DNA of 64,000 bases, taken from the IMG/VR virus record IMGVR_UViG_3300015607_004160, one strand, 5' to 3'. The notes under the pieces were generated by a model. It was not told the origin of the DNA, did not search any database, and saw nothing but the letters and a program-made list of their open reading frames with translations. This document shows positions 10,714-20,737 of the stretch, one piece after another. Position numbers and translations under genes: made by a program. Every line of letters starts with the position of its first letter. Positions within the stretch are counted from its first letter, which is position 1. The DNA is from a virus. Its lineage: Duplodnaviria; Caudoviricetes.

Positions 10714-11043
10714 TTATACACTAAAGCTCGAACCACATCCACAAACGCGGGAAGCATTGGGGTTAATCCATTCAAAACCTTTACCATTTAATCCATCCGA
10801 ATAGGTAAGTTCAGTGCCCCATAAGTATAGAATACTTTTTTTATCACAGACAATATTAATAGCACCGTTATCAAATATTTCATCGTGTTCATTTATCTTA
10901 TCATCAAAATCCATTTTATATGATAATCCTGAGCAACCACCACCAGTAACACTAACTCTCAAATTGTGTGTATCGGGAGTAATACCATCACTCATCATTA
11001 ATTCAATAACATGGTCCATCGCTTTTTCACTAATAGTAATCAT
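10714..11043 (-). CDS. iscA: Fe-S cluster assembly A-type carrier (IscA/HesB/SufA)
   Basis: GGGCSGLSY and NPNASRVCGCGSSF. Confidence 0.92.
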   Translation of the reverse strand: MITISEKAMDHVIELMMSDGITPDTHNLRVSVTGGGCSGLSYKMDFDDKINEHDEIFDNGAINIVCDKKSILYLWGTELTYSDGLNGKGFEWINPNASRVCGCGSSFSV

Positions 11044-11354
11044 AATAATATCATATCTAATTTTTTATCTCTCGTGTATGAGTAGAATTTACTATAGGTC
11101 TCACTTTTAAATTTTGATGTAAATTTCTTTTCATATGAAACTTTATATTTATAATTTTTCTTTTCTTTTTTAGTAGAAAAGTCGAAATATCGATTTTCTG
11201 ATATCTCAACAACTACACAGTTATAAAATACGAAATGTCTTTCGGAATGTTTTGAATATTCTATAGTTGATGGTATTTCACATTTCTCCTCAAGAATAAA
11301 GTGAAACATATTATCCTCATATGAAGATCCTATTATATTAAGCTTAGTAGTCAT
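11040..11354 (-). CDS. Hypothetical protein with C-terminal tag (RDKKLDMILL)
   Basis: Start MTTKL overlaps the upstream stop. Confidence 0.65.
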   Translation of the reverse strand: MTTKLNIIGSSYEDNMFHFILEEKCEIPSTIEYSKHSERHFVFYNCVVVEISENRYFDFSTKKEKKNYKYKVSYEKKFTSKFKSETYSKFYSYTRDKKLDMILL

Positions 11355-11628
11355 ATTCATCATCCTCATCATCATCCTCATCTTCATAGTCTTCATCTTC
11401 GTAATACTCTTCATAGTCTGGGTATTCAATAACATCATTATCCTTGAAGAAGAGGAGTAAGTCTTTTTTTTCTTTTAAATTTAATCCAGTATTTTTTAAT
11501 TTTATAACTTCATCACCTTTGAAAAAGGAAAATTCAATTTTAGCATCATTTTCTAGATCTTTTAATTTTTCAAAAATTAAATCTTTTTCGTGACATTCGT
11601 CTAAGCTATAGTACTTACATAGTTTCAT
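11344..11628 (-). CDS. Hypothetical protein with acidic Tyr/Asp/Glu tail
   Basis: Ends YEEYYEDEDYEDEDDDEDDEYDY. Confidence 0.65.
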   Translation of the reverse strand: MKLCKYYSLDECHEKDLIFEKLKDLENDAKIEFSFFKGDEVIKLKNTGLNLKEKKDLLLFFKDNDVIEYPDYEEYYEDEDYEDEDDDEDDEYDY

Positions 11629-11636
11629 TTGAATAA

Positions 11637-12374
11637 TTATATTTTTTTCATCTTTCTATATATTAATGTATTTGATAAAATTGGTTTATCTTCATTATCC
11701 TCCCATTTAGCAGATATAACTAATTCACCCCCTATCAAACTGACGCTAAAATACTTATTTTTTCCTATGCGAAATGTTGCATATGTATCTTCTATTTTTA
11801 TTGGTTCGACTTCTATCTCGTCATCTCCATCAAAATTTTTCATTGATTTCACAAAATCAAATCTCTCATTACCTTTATAATATTCTTTTTTTAAGAGTTT
11901 TAAAAATGGATCATGAATCTTTAAAACCTCATTTTTTCTAACACCAAATACATCCTTCCATTTGAATCCCAATGTTATATGTAAGTCCATTTCTGGAAGA
12001 CCAAATATCTTTCTTAGCTCCTGCAAATCATCAGACTTAACTACGACAAAATATGTCCTATTTTCATTTCTTTCAGCTGTTCCAACCCCCATTAAATTAA
12101 TTTCAAATTCAGTATCAAAGTATTTTTCTAATGAATTAATAAATTTATCAAATCCAACTTCTTTTGATATTTTGTTATATTCCATAACATTGATGACAGT
12201 TATATGATGCTTACCATGGTCCCTATTAGACTGATTGGTTATATAGGTATCATAATCATCTTCTAATATTTCTTCTAATTGAGATAGGTAAGGTGTTACT
12301 ATATCAGTATAGATATTAACTCCTATATAATTATTACCGACTATATCTTTTAAATATTCTAATCTTACTTTCAT
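11637..12374 (-). CDS. 2H phosphoesterase family protein
   Basis: Two HxT motifs: HHITV and LHITL. Confidence 0.75.
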   Translation of the reverse strand: MKVRLEYLKDIVGNNYIGVNIYTDIVTPYLSQLEEILEDDYDTYITNQSNRDHGKHHITVINVMEYNKISKEVGFDKFINSLEKYFDTEFEINLMGVGTAERNENRTYFVVVKSDDLQELRKIFGLPEMDLHITLGFKWKDVFGVRKNEVLKIHDPFLKLLKKEYYKGNERFDFVKSMKNFDGDDEIEVEPIKIEDTYATFRIGKNKYFSVSLIGGELVISAKWEDNEDKPILSNTLIYRKMKKI

Positions 12375-12817
12375 TTTCCTTTAAATTTTAATTTACCGAC
12401 TACTAAGGCAGGAGTAGTATACAATAATTTTTTTAATTTACCTATATATCTTTTATCAGATATTAATATTTCAAAATCTAGAGATTCACTATCTTTTGAT
12501 AGACCAATATAAGCGGATTCGAATCCATAGTCTTTACCCATACCCTCTATTTCAGCTATTGCGTATTTGCTAATATCAACGGTTTTAAATTTTCGTTTTG
12601 AGTCTGATCTAAAACTATCTAATACATAGTCAACTGCTGCTAATATACTATTAAATTTTTCTTCCTTTCCATTATAATTTCCAACTACAGATACCTTAGT
12701 TATCTTTCTTCGTATATCTCCTATAAAATTGGTTAATCTGTGATCAGCTAAATCCTTTGTTAAGGCCGACGCAACTTTACTAGCACTAAATAACTCATTG
12801 AACTTTTTAATTTTCAT
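12371..12817 (-). CDS. Hypothetical protein with N-terminal tag (MKIKKFNE)
   Basis: AAATATATA at 12823-12831. Confidence 0.7.
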   Translation of the reverse strand: MKIKKFNELFSASKVASALTKDLADHRLTNFIGDIRRKITKVSVVGNYNGKEEKFNSILAAVDYVLDSFRSDSKRKFKTVDISKYAIAEIEGMGKDYGFESAYIGLSKDSESLDFEILISDKRYIGKLKKLLYTTPALVVGKLKFKGK

Positions 12818-12833
12818 AGGATTATATATTTAA

Positions 12834-14843
12834 TTAAAATCCATTATTTTTTAACCAAACGATAAAATCATGAGCATATAAATGTTTTTTACCTTCATAT
12901 TTGCTATCGGTTCCTTTTATTCCATATAAACCATACCCTGGATCAGAAAGTTTCATTTTTTTATGTTCTTCTATTACTCTTTCCTTTAATGACCTATCCC
13001 TAGTATTATTAGCTGAAATTATATTAAAATTTCTTTCATCAATATTAAAATCACATACTTTAGTCCATGTTTTTGTTAGAACCGACATTTGTTTATTTAA
13101 ACTATAAAAGTCTTTTCCACTTGTATTATTTGGGTGTTTTCTACCAAGAGGTTCCGGCTTTTGAGTACATATAATATAATCTTTAGTTTCCATAACTATC
13201 GCCCTTGACCCAACTTGAAATCCTAGACTTTCTAAGTATTCATCATTTAATTGTTTATCTTCTTCATAGTTATACTTATCATTGACCATCATTCTAATAT
13301 TTAACACCTTGTCTGAATATTCTAATTTACCATTATCACAATAGACTGTAATAGTTTTTATTTCTTTTATTCCTTTTAACCTGTTCATAACTTGTTGAAT
13401 ATCAGAATAGAAACTAGCAGATTTTAAAAACTCAATGTGATTCGAATACCCAACTGGTAATCCATATCCTTTAAGTGACATGGTAAAGTAGTAGTTGTTA
13501 TCAGCATAATCGTTAGTTTTGGTATCATTTAGATATAAATTGTAAGTTCCCTGAGCAAATTCACTACGAGGAGGTGCTTTACTCAAACTATCAGTTACAT
13601 ATAAAAAAGCATCTTCAATTTCGGATAATAAGGCATATTTATCTATTTCCTTTGGTATATCATATTCACCAACTCCATATTTATTCAGGAATTTTTTTGC
13701 AAATTCTACATTTCCTTCTCTTTCCTTCTCTTCCTCTTCATGTTCCATAATATCTTTACATATTTCAATAGCTCCATCTATATAAGATTGGTCAAATTTA
13801 GTTATACCAAGCCTTGTTCTTTTTTCATCACTTAACATAGCATATATGTTTGATGAAGAAGATATTGGGTAATAAGCATGATATGGTTCTTTGTATTCTT
13901 CTGGTTGTTTACCAGTTCTCTCTGCATATAGATTTTTAATTATTTGATCAATATCTATATCTAAATCATCATCATCTTCCACATCGTCAGATATCAAATT
14001 TTGGTCTTTTATTTTACCCAAAAACATACTTTTCCATTTTTCTTTTTCAGCTTTTTCTTTGTCCTCTCTTTCCTTTTTAAGCTTAGAAATATGTTGATTT
14101 GCCGCATCAATAGTCATGGCAACTTGGGGTATATTTAATATTCTATTTACAACCTCTTGTATTTGTGGGGCAAATTTTGCATTTTGCCAATCTCCATATC
14201 CTGCCAGGTCTTGGTCTGCACCACCTGCTTCTTCTATGATAAATCCATCTTTATTCCATCCATACCCTGTTCCTATAGTACATAATAGGTTATCTGATAT
14301 GGATCTTCTATTAGAATAAAGAGATTTATATTTATAATTAGGATCTAGTTTAATTTCAACCCAATCTTCAAGTGTTTTGTTAATCTTTAACATCTTCTTT
14401 TCTAGTTCACTCAGTGGTTTGCCATTTTTAATTAAATTAAAAAATGTTTTACTGTCTTTAACATTATCTCTACCATTGGTAACATGCATCGCCCACGCAT
14501 CATAGATTAGATTTTCTATTTCATTGTTTTGGGGATTACACATTTCAATTTTATATTTAGGATTATCTTCACAATCCCAATAACCGGTTTCCTCACCATC
14601 TTCATCTGTAGTTGTAGCTCCATCTCTAAGAATGCCATCACCTCCCCAACAAACTCTACCATCATACCATAAGGTATTATACATATATCCTAGCTTGGCT
14701 AATTGTGGTAAATTCTCTGATTGAGTTAGGTACTCTTGATTTTCCCTAATACAAATAAGTATAGGATCAATTACATTTTCCTCAAATTTGAAATGTTTGT
14801 CATTGACGAAACTTTCATATGTTTTAACTATTTTCTTTGCCAT
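12834..14843 (-). CDS. Large hypothetical protein with N-terminal tag (MAKKIVKTYES)
   Basis: C-terminal ~270 aa is paralogous to the upstream ORF. Confidence 0.75.
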   Translation of the reverse strand: MAKKIVKTYESFVNDKHFKFEENVIDPILICIRENQEYLTQSENLPQLAKLGYMYNTLWYDGRVCWGGDGILRDGATTTDEDGEETGYWDCEDNPKYKIEMCNPQNNEIENLIYDAWAMHVTNGRDNVKDSKTFFNLIKNGKPLSELEKKMLKINKTLEDWVEIKLDPNYKYKSLYSNRRSISDNLLCTIGTGYGWNKDGFIIEEAGGADQDLAGYGDWQNAKFAPQIQEVVNRILNIPQVAMTIDAANQHISKLKKEREDKEKAEKEKWKSMFLGKIKDQNLISDDVEDDDDLDIDIDQIIKNLYAERTGKQPEEYKEPYHAYYPISSSSNIYAMLSDEKRTRLGITKFDQSYIDGAIEICKDIMEHEEEEKEREGNVEFAKKFLNKYGVGEYDIPKEIDKYALLSEIEDAFLYVTDSLSKAPPRSEFAQGTYNLYLNDTKTNDYADNNYYFTMSLKGYGLPVGYSNHIEFLKSASFYSDIQQVMNRLKGIKEIKTITVYCDNGKLEYSDKVLNIRMMVNDKYNYEEDKQLNDEYLESLGFQVGSRAIVMETKDYIICTQKPEPLGRKHPNNTSGKDFYSLNKQMSVLTKTWTKVCDFNIDERNFNIISANNTRDRSLKERVIEEHKKMKLSDPGYGLYGIKGTDSKYEGKKHLYAHDFIVWLKNNGF

Positions 14844-14844
14844 T

Positions 14845-15663
14845 TTATAACCCATTATTTTTTAGCCATAATAAAAAATCTGTTGCATAAAGGTCTTTAG
14901 TACCTTCTTTTTTACTTTTGTTTATACCATATGTCCCATAAGACTTATCTGATAATTTCATTTTTTTGTGTTCTTGAAAAATTTGGTGAATAAAATTTTC
15001 CAATTTTTTATCTGAAATCTTATATTCATTTTCATTATACAATAAATTAAATCCCCTCTCGTCTATTGTAAGATCAAATAATTTATTCCATTTTTTATCA
15101 CATATTTCAAGTGATTTCACTTGAGGTTCTATATTATTTACTACATAAATATTATATGAATTTAATTTCATACCGATAAATGTATCTGATATTTCAAATC
15201 CTTTTTTTGATAATTCATTTTCCCTTTTTAACCTTTTACTATACCCATGATTATCATTGACTATCATCTTTATTTCTATATTTGCATCTAAATCATCTAA
15301 ATCAACTTCCTCACTTTCAGGTATATTTGAATAATAGAAAAAAACAAACTTTAGATCCTTTATTAATCGAAGTCGATGTAATACATTTTTAATATCGTTA
15401 TAAAATGCAGCCCCACTAAGTGATTCAATATCATTTGAAAATCCAAAAGGCAATTTATCAATATCACCTAATTTTAGATAAAAGTAATAATTATTATCAT
15501 CATATGCCTCATTTATATATAATGTATATTCCCCAGCTTTCATTTCTGAGGTATAGAAAGATTTAGTTCTCTTAAAAGAATCGGTTAAATAGAGAAAACA
15601 ATCTTCTATTTCACTCAACAACTTATATTTAAATAAATCTCTAACTTTTTTAATTTTAGCCAT
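14845..15663 (-). CDS. Hypothetical protein, paralog of the C-terminal domain of 12834..14843
   Basis: KYKLLSEIEDCFLYLTDS vs KYALLSEIEDAFLYVTDS; IDERGFN vs IDERNFN; DFLLWLKNNGL vs DFIVWLKNNGF. Confidence 0.75.
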   Translation of the reverse strand: MAKIKKVRDLFKYKLLSEIEDCFLYLTDSFKRTKSFYTSEMKAGEYTLYINEAYDDNNYYFYLKLGDIDKLPFGFSNDIESLSGAAFYNDIKNVLHRLRLIKDLKFVFFYYSNIPESEEVDLDDLDANIEIKMIVNDNHGYSKRLKRENELSKKGFEISDTFIGMKLNSYNIYVVNNIEPQVKSLEICDKKWNKLFDLTIDERGFNLLYNENEYKISDKKLENFIHQIFQEHKKMKLSDKSYGTYGINKSKKEGTKDLYATDFLLWLKNNGL

Positions 15664-15683
15664 GTTTATTAATTATTTTTTAT

Positions 15684-16871
15684 TTATAACATTCGTTTAA
15701 ATTTTTCTATTTCTAATCTTTTAATTTCTGCACCTAGCTGGGCGCCTTGAAATCCCTTATCCATTAACTTTTTTGAATCAACAGATGGTTTATATTTTAA
15801 AAATGCCATATGAATCTTATCTGATATGTTATTAACTTTATACCAGTCTAGTATCACATCATCAGAAACCCTAGCGATTTGTTTTTTCTTGTAAAGGTCA
15901 ATTACATTATTAATATCTAAATTAATTAGGGATATCAAGAATACAATTTTTCTTGCCATATCTACTTCAATCTTAAATTTTTGAACAAGTTTATTTAACA
16001 ATTTATCTGGGTTGTTATTAATTAGTATATTAGATAAATAAACTTCTAAAAATTTAGAGTCTTTAATATCTTCATTGATATTAACTCCTGGTAAAATTTG
16101 AGGCCACATATTATATTCATTTAATAGTGTTAAATAAATAGAAAAATTTTTACATTGGGCAAACGATTTTTTAACTTCATCCCATATTCTTTCTGCTGAT
16201 ACATCTTCTTTTGGACCAACACCTATTAGTCTATTATCTGATTTTATAGCATCTGAAGTCTGTTTGTCAATTTTTCCATTTGATCTGGCAGTAAATCTAA
16301 AAATACGGCAAATTCTTAATCTATCTTCCTTGAATCTCTCAATGGGATTTCCAACTGCTTTAATAACATTATTTTTTATATCATTAACACCACCAACAAT
16401 ATCTACAATTTCCTTTTTTTCTATATTATAAAATAAAGCATTAATAGTAAGATCCCTTCTCATACAATCGTCCTCTATCGTTATATGATTACCCATTTCG
16501 ACCTTTTGATCATTCCCTTTTGTATCCCTACCCATAGATATATCCTTTCTATAAGATGCAATTTCATAGCCATTTGGCTCATCTTTTGTATAGACTCTTA
16601 TCACACCAAAATTTTTACCTTGCTCATCAGATACATTAAATTCGTTTAATATTTTTTTGGACTCACTCGGCAATGCGTTTGTAACTAAATCATAATCCTT
16701 TGGTGTTTTACCTTGTAGAAAATCCCTGACAGCCCCACCTACAACAAATATATTTTTTCCATTTTTTATATACTGATTTGAGATATTAATTATATCATAT
16801 GGTAAGGGCATTTCTATTTTAATAGAATTATTTTCTAGTAAAAAATCTTTATAATTTTTAATTTTTTTCAT
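15684..16871 (-). CDS. cca: tRNA nucleotidyltransferase (CCA-adding)/poly(A) polymerase family, N-tagged
   Basis: VGGAVRD..DYD, RRDLTINAL, EDRLRICR; starts MKKIKNYKDFLLEN. Confidence 0.88.
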   Translation of the reverse strand: MKKIKNYKDFLLENNSIKIEMPLPYDIINISNQYIKNGKNIFVVGGAVRDFLQGKTPKDYDLVTNALPSESKKILNEFNVSDEQGKNFGVIRVYTKDEPNGYEIASYRKDISMGRDTKGNDQKVEMGNHITIEDDCMRRDLTINALFYNIEKKEIVDIVGGVNDIKNNVIKAVGNPIERFKEDRLRICRIFRFTARSNGKIDKQTSDAIKSDNRLIGVGPKEDVSAERIWDEVKKSFAQCKNFSIYLTLLNEYNMWPQILPGVNINEDIKDSKFLEVYLSNILINNNPDKLLNKLVQKFKIEVDMARKIVFLISLINLDINNVIDLYKKKQIARVSDDVILDWYKVNNISDKIHMAFLKYKPSVDSKKLMDKGFQGAQLGAEIKRLEIEKFKRML

Positions 16872-17724
16872 TTATTTTATCTATTATTATTTTTCCTATA
16901 TTTTCCCTACATTTATATATTTCATTCTCCCACAAAAATAATGATTTTATATTATTATCTGATAGGTATTTTTCCTTTTTTTTATCCCTTTCTTTATTTT
17001 TTAGCTGAATTTCATTTAGAGTCAGAAATATATTTGGATTCCCATGCCAATAATCTCCCTGACATTCTATCACAAAGTTGTAATCTATAAGATAAAAGTC
17101 AAATATAAATCTATTACATCTATAGTTTTTGATAAATTTAATATTTAGGTCTATTAATTTTTCTCTTATTATAATTTCTATTTTGGTATCTTTTTTTGCC
17201 TTATTTGACGCTAATGATAGATCACCTATTCTTTTATCTTTTTCCTCATTAGATAGTGACTTCCAAATATTAGACCTTATTTTAGATAGTTTTATTGCAG
17301 ATTCCATCAATCTAACATCATTATATTTCGTCTTTCCTTTAGACCATGGTTCCTTTCCATACATGCCATTATTTTTACCAGAAGTATCTAATAACCCCTT
17401 CTTATACATTTCCTTTTTTGTTGAAGATATTTTTTTTGATGATTCCATTAAAATATCACAGTCGAATTTCGTTTTTCCTTTAGACCAAGACTCCTTTCCA
17501 TACATACCATTTCCTGATCCACTATATAATCTAGATTTTATATTTGATGTTTGCTCTTTGGTGTGTTTTAGTTTAAGTTTTTTAATCTTTATTTTAATGG
17601 CTGTTTTTGTTCGATTGGGGTATTTTAAGATATAATCATTAAAAAATTCAGATATAGAAAGTCCCATTTCTAAATATAAATATTTTAAATAAATAATTTC
17701 ATCTTCTGACCAATATATTCTCAT
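16858..17724 (-). CDS. Homing endonuclease, Vsr/DUF559-like with NUMOD3 repeats
   Basis: Two NGMYGKxxWSKGKTK repeats; TKIE..FDFY..VIECQGDYWH..RDKKK..LWE. Confidence 0.8.
   Translation of the reverse strand: MRIYWSEDEIIYLKYLYLEMGLSISEFFNDYILKYPNRTKTAIKIKIKKLKLKHTKEQTSNIKSRLYSGSGNGMYGKESWSKGKTKFDCDILMESSKKISSTKKEMYKKGLLDTSGKNNGMYGKEPWSKGKTKYNDVRLMESAIKLSKIRSNIWKSLSNEEKDKRIGDLSLASNKAKKDTKIEIIIREKLIDLNIKFIKNYRCNRFIFDFYLIDYNFVIECQGDYWHGNPNIFLTLNEIQLKNKERDKKKEKYLSDNNIKSLFLWENEIYKCRENIGKIIIDKINEKN
17326..17511. repeat. Imperfect ~45-bp direct repeat encoding the NUMOD3 motifs
   Basis: tttcgt(c/t)tttcctttagacca...tcctttccatacat(g/a)ccatt occurs twice. Confidence 0.7.
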
Positions 17725-17728
17725 AAAC

Positions 17729-17812
17729 TATATATTAAATTTCATTACCGGAAAAGTCGAATAGTTCTAAATGGATCTTTTATTTAAAATATACGTAAAA
17801 ATTTAATATATA
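17729..17812. promoter_or_regulatory. Divergent pair of putative late promoters TAATATATA
   Basis: 17729-17737 (-) and 17804-17812 (+). Confidence 0.55.
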
Positions 17813-17818
17813 TATTAA

Positions 17819-18277
17819 ATGGATAATTCTGAAATAATAGTTAGGAAATTTGAGAGCTTCAATGATAATACTTGGGAAGAGGATTTACTTTCACTATATG
17901 ATATTTTTTGTGAATTAGAAGATACTAAAATATGTCGGATTGATTACCAAGGGGGGTATAGAACATCCAGTGGAAGTAATAGTTATACTTGCTTTTTAAA
18001 AAATGAGAAAATAGAAGGCGACAAAGATCATATTAATTATATGATCAGAGTCAATTCTAAATCCTTATTAAGAGTTAGTTTACTCGAAATAGAATATAAA
18101 GGAGGATATTCACCATTTAGCCAAACAAATGCTCCTTCTTTTTATGCGGAAGATGCAGATATATTTCTTCAAATAATGAGATATGTGGATGCTGCTAAAA
18201 AAAGAATGCCTAAGTACAATCTTGGAATAACATTGGATGAAAATGTAGTTTACCTTGACTTTTTGGAAAACAGATAA
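17819..18277 (+). CDS. Hypothetical protein with N-terminal tag (IVRKFESF)
   Basis: 152-aa ORF. Confidence 0.7.
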   Translation: MDNSEIIVRKFESFNDNTWEEDLLSLYDIFCELEDTKICRIDYQGGYRTSSGSNSYTCFLKNEKIEGDKDHINYMIRVNSKSLLRVSLLEIEYKGGYSPFSQTNAPSFYAEDADIFLQIMRYVDAAKKRMPKYNLGITLDENVVYLDFLENR

Positions 18278-18286
18278 TAATATATA
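18278..18286 (+). promoter_or_regulatory. Putative late promoter TAATATATA
   Basis: 4 nt before ATG 18291. Confidence 0.6.
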
Positions 18287-18290
18287 GAAT

Positions 18291-20333
18291 ATGCCAACTT
18301 ATCCACTAACAGAAATAGAAAAAAAAGCTTGGGACTTTGCTGAAAAAGCTCACTATGGAGTATTTAGAAAATTTCGTAATGCAACCTATTTTGATGGACA
18401 CGTTAGAAAAGTCTTTGGATTAGTTAAACAATATGACACGACCCCTGAGGTTGGCGCAGCTGCCTTACTACACGATTGTGTAGAAGATGTTGATGATATT
18501 ACATATGAAACAATACTAAGTGAGTTTGGTAAAGAAATTGCAGATTTAGTTAAAGAATTAACATCATGTGAAGAGTATATAGATGTAATGGGTAAGCCTG
18601 ATTATCTACTAGATAAAATGGTAACTATGTCCGACAAGGCATTGATTATCAAGTTATGTGATAGATGGCAGAATGTATCTGATTCGTTTAGTCAGCAAGA
18701 GTCATTTAGGGATAAGTACTATAAAGAAACTAGATATATTATGAATGGATTAAAATCCAATCGTCAATTAAATCAGGTTCATAAGAGGATAATTGAGCAA
18801 ATTGAGGGAATATTAGGCAACTTAAAATCAAGGTATAAATATGAATCTAAACATGTTTTAATGTTTGAAGATTTTAAGCAAAAAAATGTAACAATAGAAG
18901 ATATTATTAAATGTATAGAAGGGGGTGGGGTTATTTATGCTACTACGATTAATGATTTCCCAGATAATGATCCAGAAATACCCTTAAATCCTCTTAGTAT
19001 TGATGATGAAGGAACAATCACAGTAGAATTAGATGGTAGTAATCATGAGGTAGAGCTAAAAAATGTTGATAAAATAGAATGGAAAAATATAAATGAGAGA
19101 ATGTACTTTAGTGATGGAATGCAGAGCGTACTAATCTATTTGTCTAATCAAAAAAAGGATAAGGTAGCTAATTTTATATGGTCTATTCAATCATATGATT
19201 ACTATAAAGATACGGAGATCATAAATTACATTGGTCTTGATAAGCTGGATAATATGATTAGTTATTTACCAACTAATAAGAGAACAGAAGAGGATTTGGA
19301 TGGAAATTTTAATAGTACTCAAAAGGTATCCATCAGAGTTGGTAGAGCAATTAAAAGAATATATGAAATTCTTAAGCCAAAGTTGAACTATAAGAAATCA
19401 ACCAATGCTAGGATTTTTAAACATCAAGATAGATATCTTATTAATATACCGGAAAAAATATCAAATGAGATTATTACATTCTCAAATGATAGTCATATAA
19501 AAAATAGTGAATGTATTATCAAGGGAACGGATTTTAAAATAGAAGGTCAAGTTTATGATATAAATCAATTTTGGACTGAATTTGAGACAATAGATATTAT
19601 TGTTTCACAAAATGTAACAAAGGACTTTCCAATACTAAGAAGATATTATGATATAAGCGAAATAAAAAAGTATAAAATGGATATTCCAGTTGAAATTGAG
19701 ATAAAAAATGATTTTGAATTAAGTGATTCTGATATAGAAAAATTTGTCAATGAATACATATCATATGTTAAGTACAGCAAATCTGATGAGACATCTACTA
19801 TCAAAGAGGTCAAAGGTGAAGACATAAGAGTATGGTATAGTAAAGAGAACTATCAGTCAGAGATGGGAAAGTTGGGAAATTCGTGTATGTCTCATGAGGA
19901 ATGTGGTGAATATTTTGATATTTATACAAATAATCCAGATTCCATTTCTTTATTAATACTAACTAATAAGAATAATAAATTGGTTGGAAGAGCTCTTCTA
20001 TGGAAATTAGATAGTGGTGAATTTTTCATGGATAGAGTATACACATCAAATGATTCGGATGATAATATCTTTATCAATTATGCTATTGAAAAGGGATATT
20101 TATATAGAGATACTCCAGCAAGTGGATTTAAATATTTTATAAACTCAAAAGAAGTAGACCCCGGCACTATTTCAGTAACATTAGATGAGGTACATTTTAA
20201 TAATTATCCGTTTATAGACACACTTTGCTATCTTGATGGTTATAAGCTAAATAACACGAAGGGTGAAAGAACATTTAAGGACACTGACGGACATTGGAGT
20301 GAGTACTATGAGAGTGAAAATGATTATGATTAA
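18291..20333 (+). CDS. SpoT/Mesh1-like HD hydrolase fused to two further domains
   Basis: AH..R..Y..H..V..AAALLHDCVED..IKLCDR; C-terminal SCM..GRALLW..FMDRVY..YPFIDT domain shared with 58938..60887. Confidence 0.8.
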   Translation: MPTYPLTEIEKKAWDFAEKAHYGVFRKFRNATYFDGHVRKVFGLVKQYDTTPEVGAAALLHDCVEDVDDITYETILSEFGKEIADLVKELTSCEEYIDVMGKPDYLLDKMVTMSDKALIIKLCDRWQNVSDSFSQQESFRDKYYKETRYIMNGLKSNRQLNQVHKRIIEQIEGILGNLKSRYKYESKHVLMFEDFKQKNVTIEDIIKCIEGGGVIYATTINDFPDNDPEIPLNPLSIDDEGTITVELDGSNHEVELKNVDKIEWKNINERMYFSDGMQSVLIYLSNQKKDKVANFIWSIQSYDYYKDTEIINYIGLDKLDNMISYLPTNKRTEEDLDGNFNSTQKVSIRVGRAIKRIYEILKPKLNYKKSTNARIFKHQDRYLINIPEKISNEIITFSNDSHIKNSECIIKGTDFKIEGQVYDINQFWTEFETIDIIVSQNVTKDFPILRRYYDISEIKKYKMDIPVEIEIKNDFELSDSDIEKFVNEYISYVKYSKSDETSTIKEVKGEDIRVWYSKENYQSEMGKLGNSCMSHEECGEYFDIYTNNPDSISLLILTNKNNKLVGRALLWKLDSGEFFMDRVYTSNDSDDNIFINYAIEKGYLYRDTPASGFKYFINSKEVDPGTISVTLDEVHFNNYPFIDTLCYLDGYKLNNTKGERTFKDTDGHWSEYYESENDYD

Positions 20334-20362
20334 ACAAAGTCAAAAAAATTTATATACAAATT

Positions 20363-20695
20363 ATGGCAGCATTTGAATTACTTACCCAATCAGGAGGACT
20401 GGTTGAGATGAGTGTAAATAGATCCGGAATGAGTGGGACAAGTCTTTATTTTCATATTGATCAAAGTGCAAATATCAGAAATGGAGAAAGTGAGGCATCT
20501 ATATTATTAACCACAAAGGAGTGCAAAGATATCATAGGTGCTTTAAATGATTTCATAAAATTCATGGAAAATAAAGACTATGTATTTACAAGTGAAAGTG
20601 TTGTTCGATTAATAGCAACACCAGAAATGCAAAAAGCCCTAACTGATTTGGGATATCACACTCATAAAAATGAAGAAATAAAAAAAGAGGACTAA
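20363..20695 (+). CDS. Hypothetical protein
   Basis: 110-aa ORF, preceded by AAAC..TATA and followed by a terminator. Confidence 0.7.
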   Translation: MAAFELLTQSGGLVEMSVNRSGMSGTSLYFHIDQSANIRNGESEASILLTTKECKDIIGALNDFIKFMENKDYVFTSESVVRLIATPEMQKALTDLGYHTHKNEEIKKED

Positions 20696-20708
20696 ATTAG
20701 TCCTCTTT
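20684..20708. terminator. Intrinsic terminator between convergent genes
   Basis: AAAGAGGACT-AAATT-AGTCCTCTTT hairpin. Confidence 0.75.
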
Positions 20709-20737
20709 GGCGTTACCGCTATATTGGTTCCTGACTG

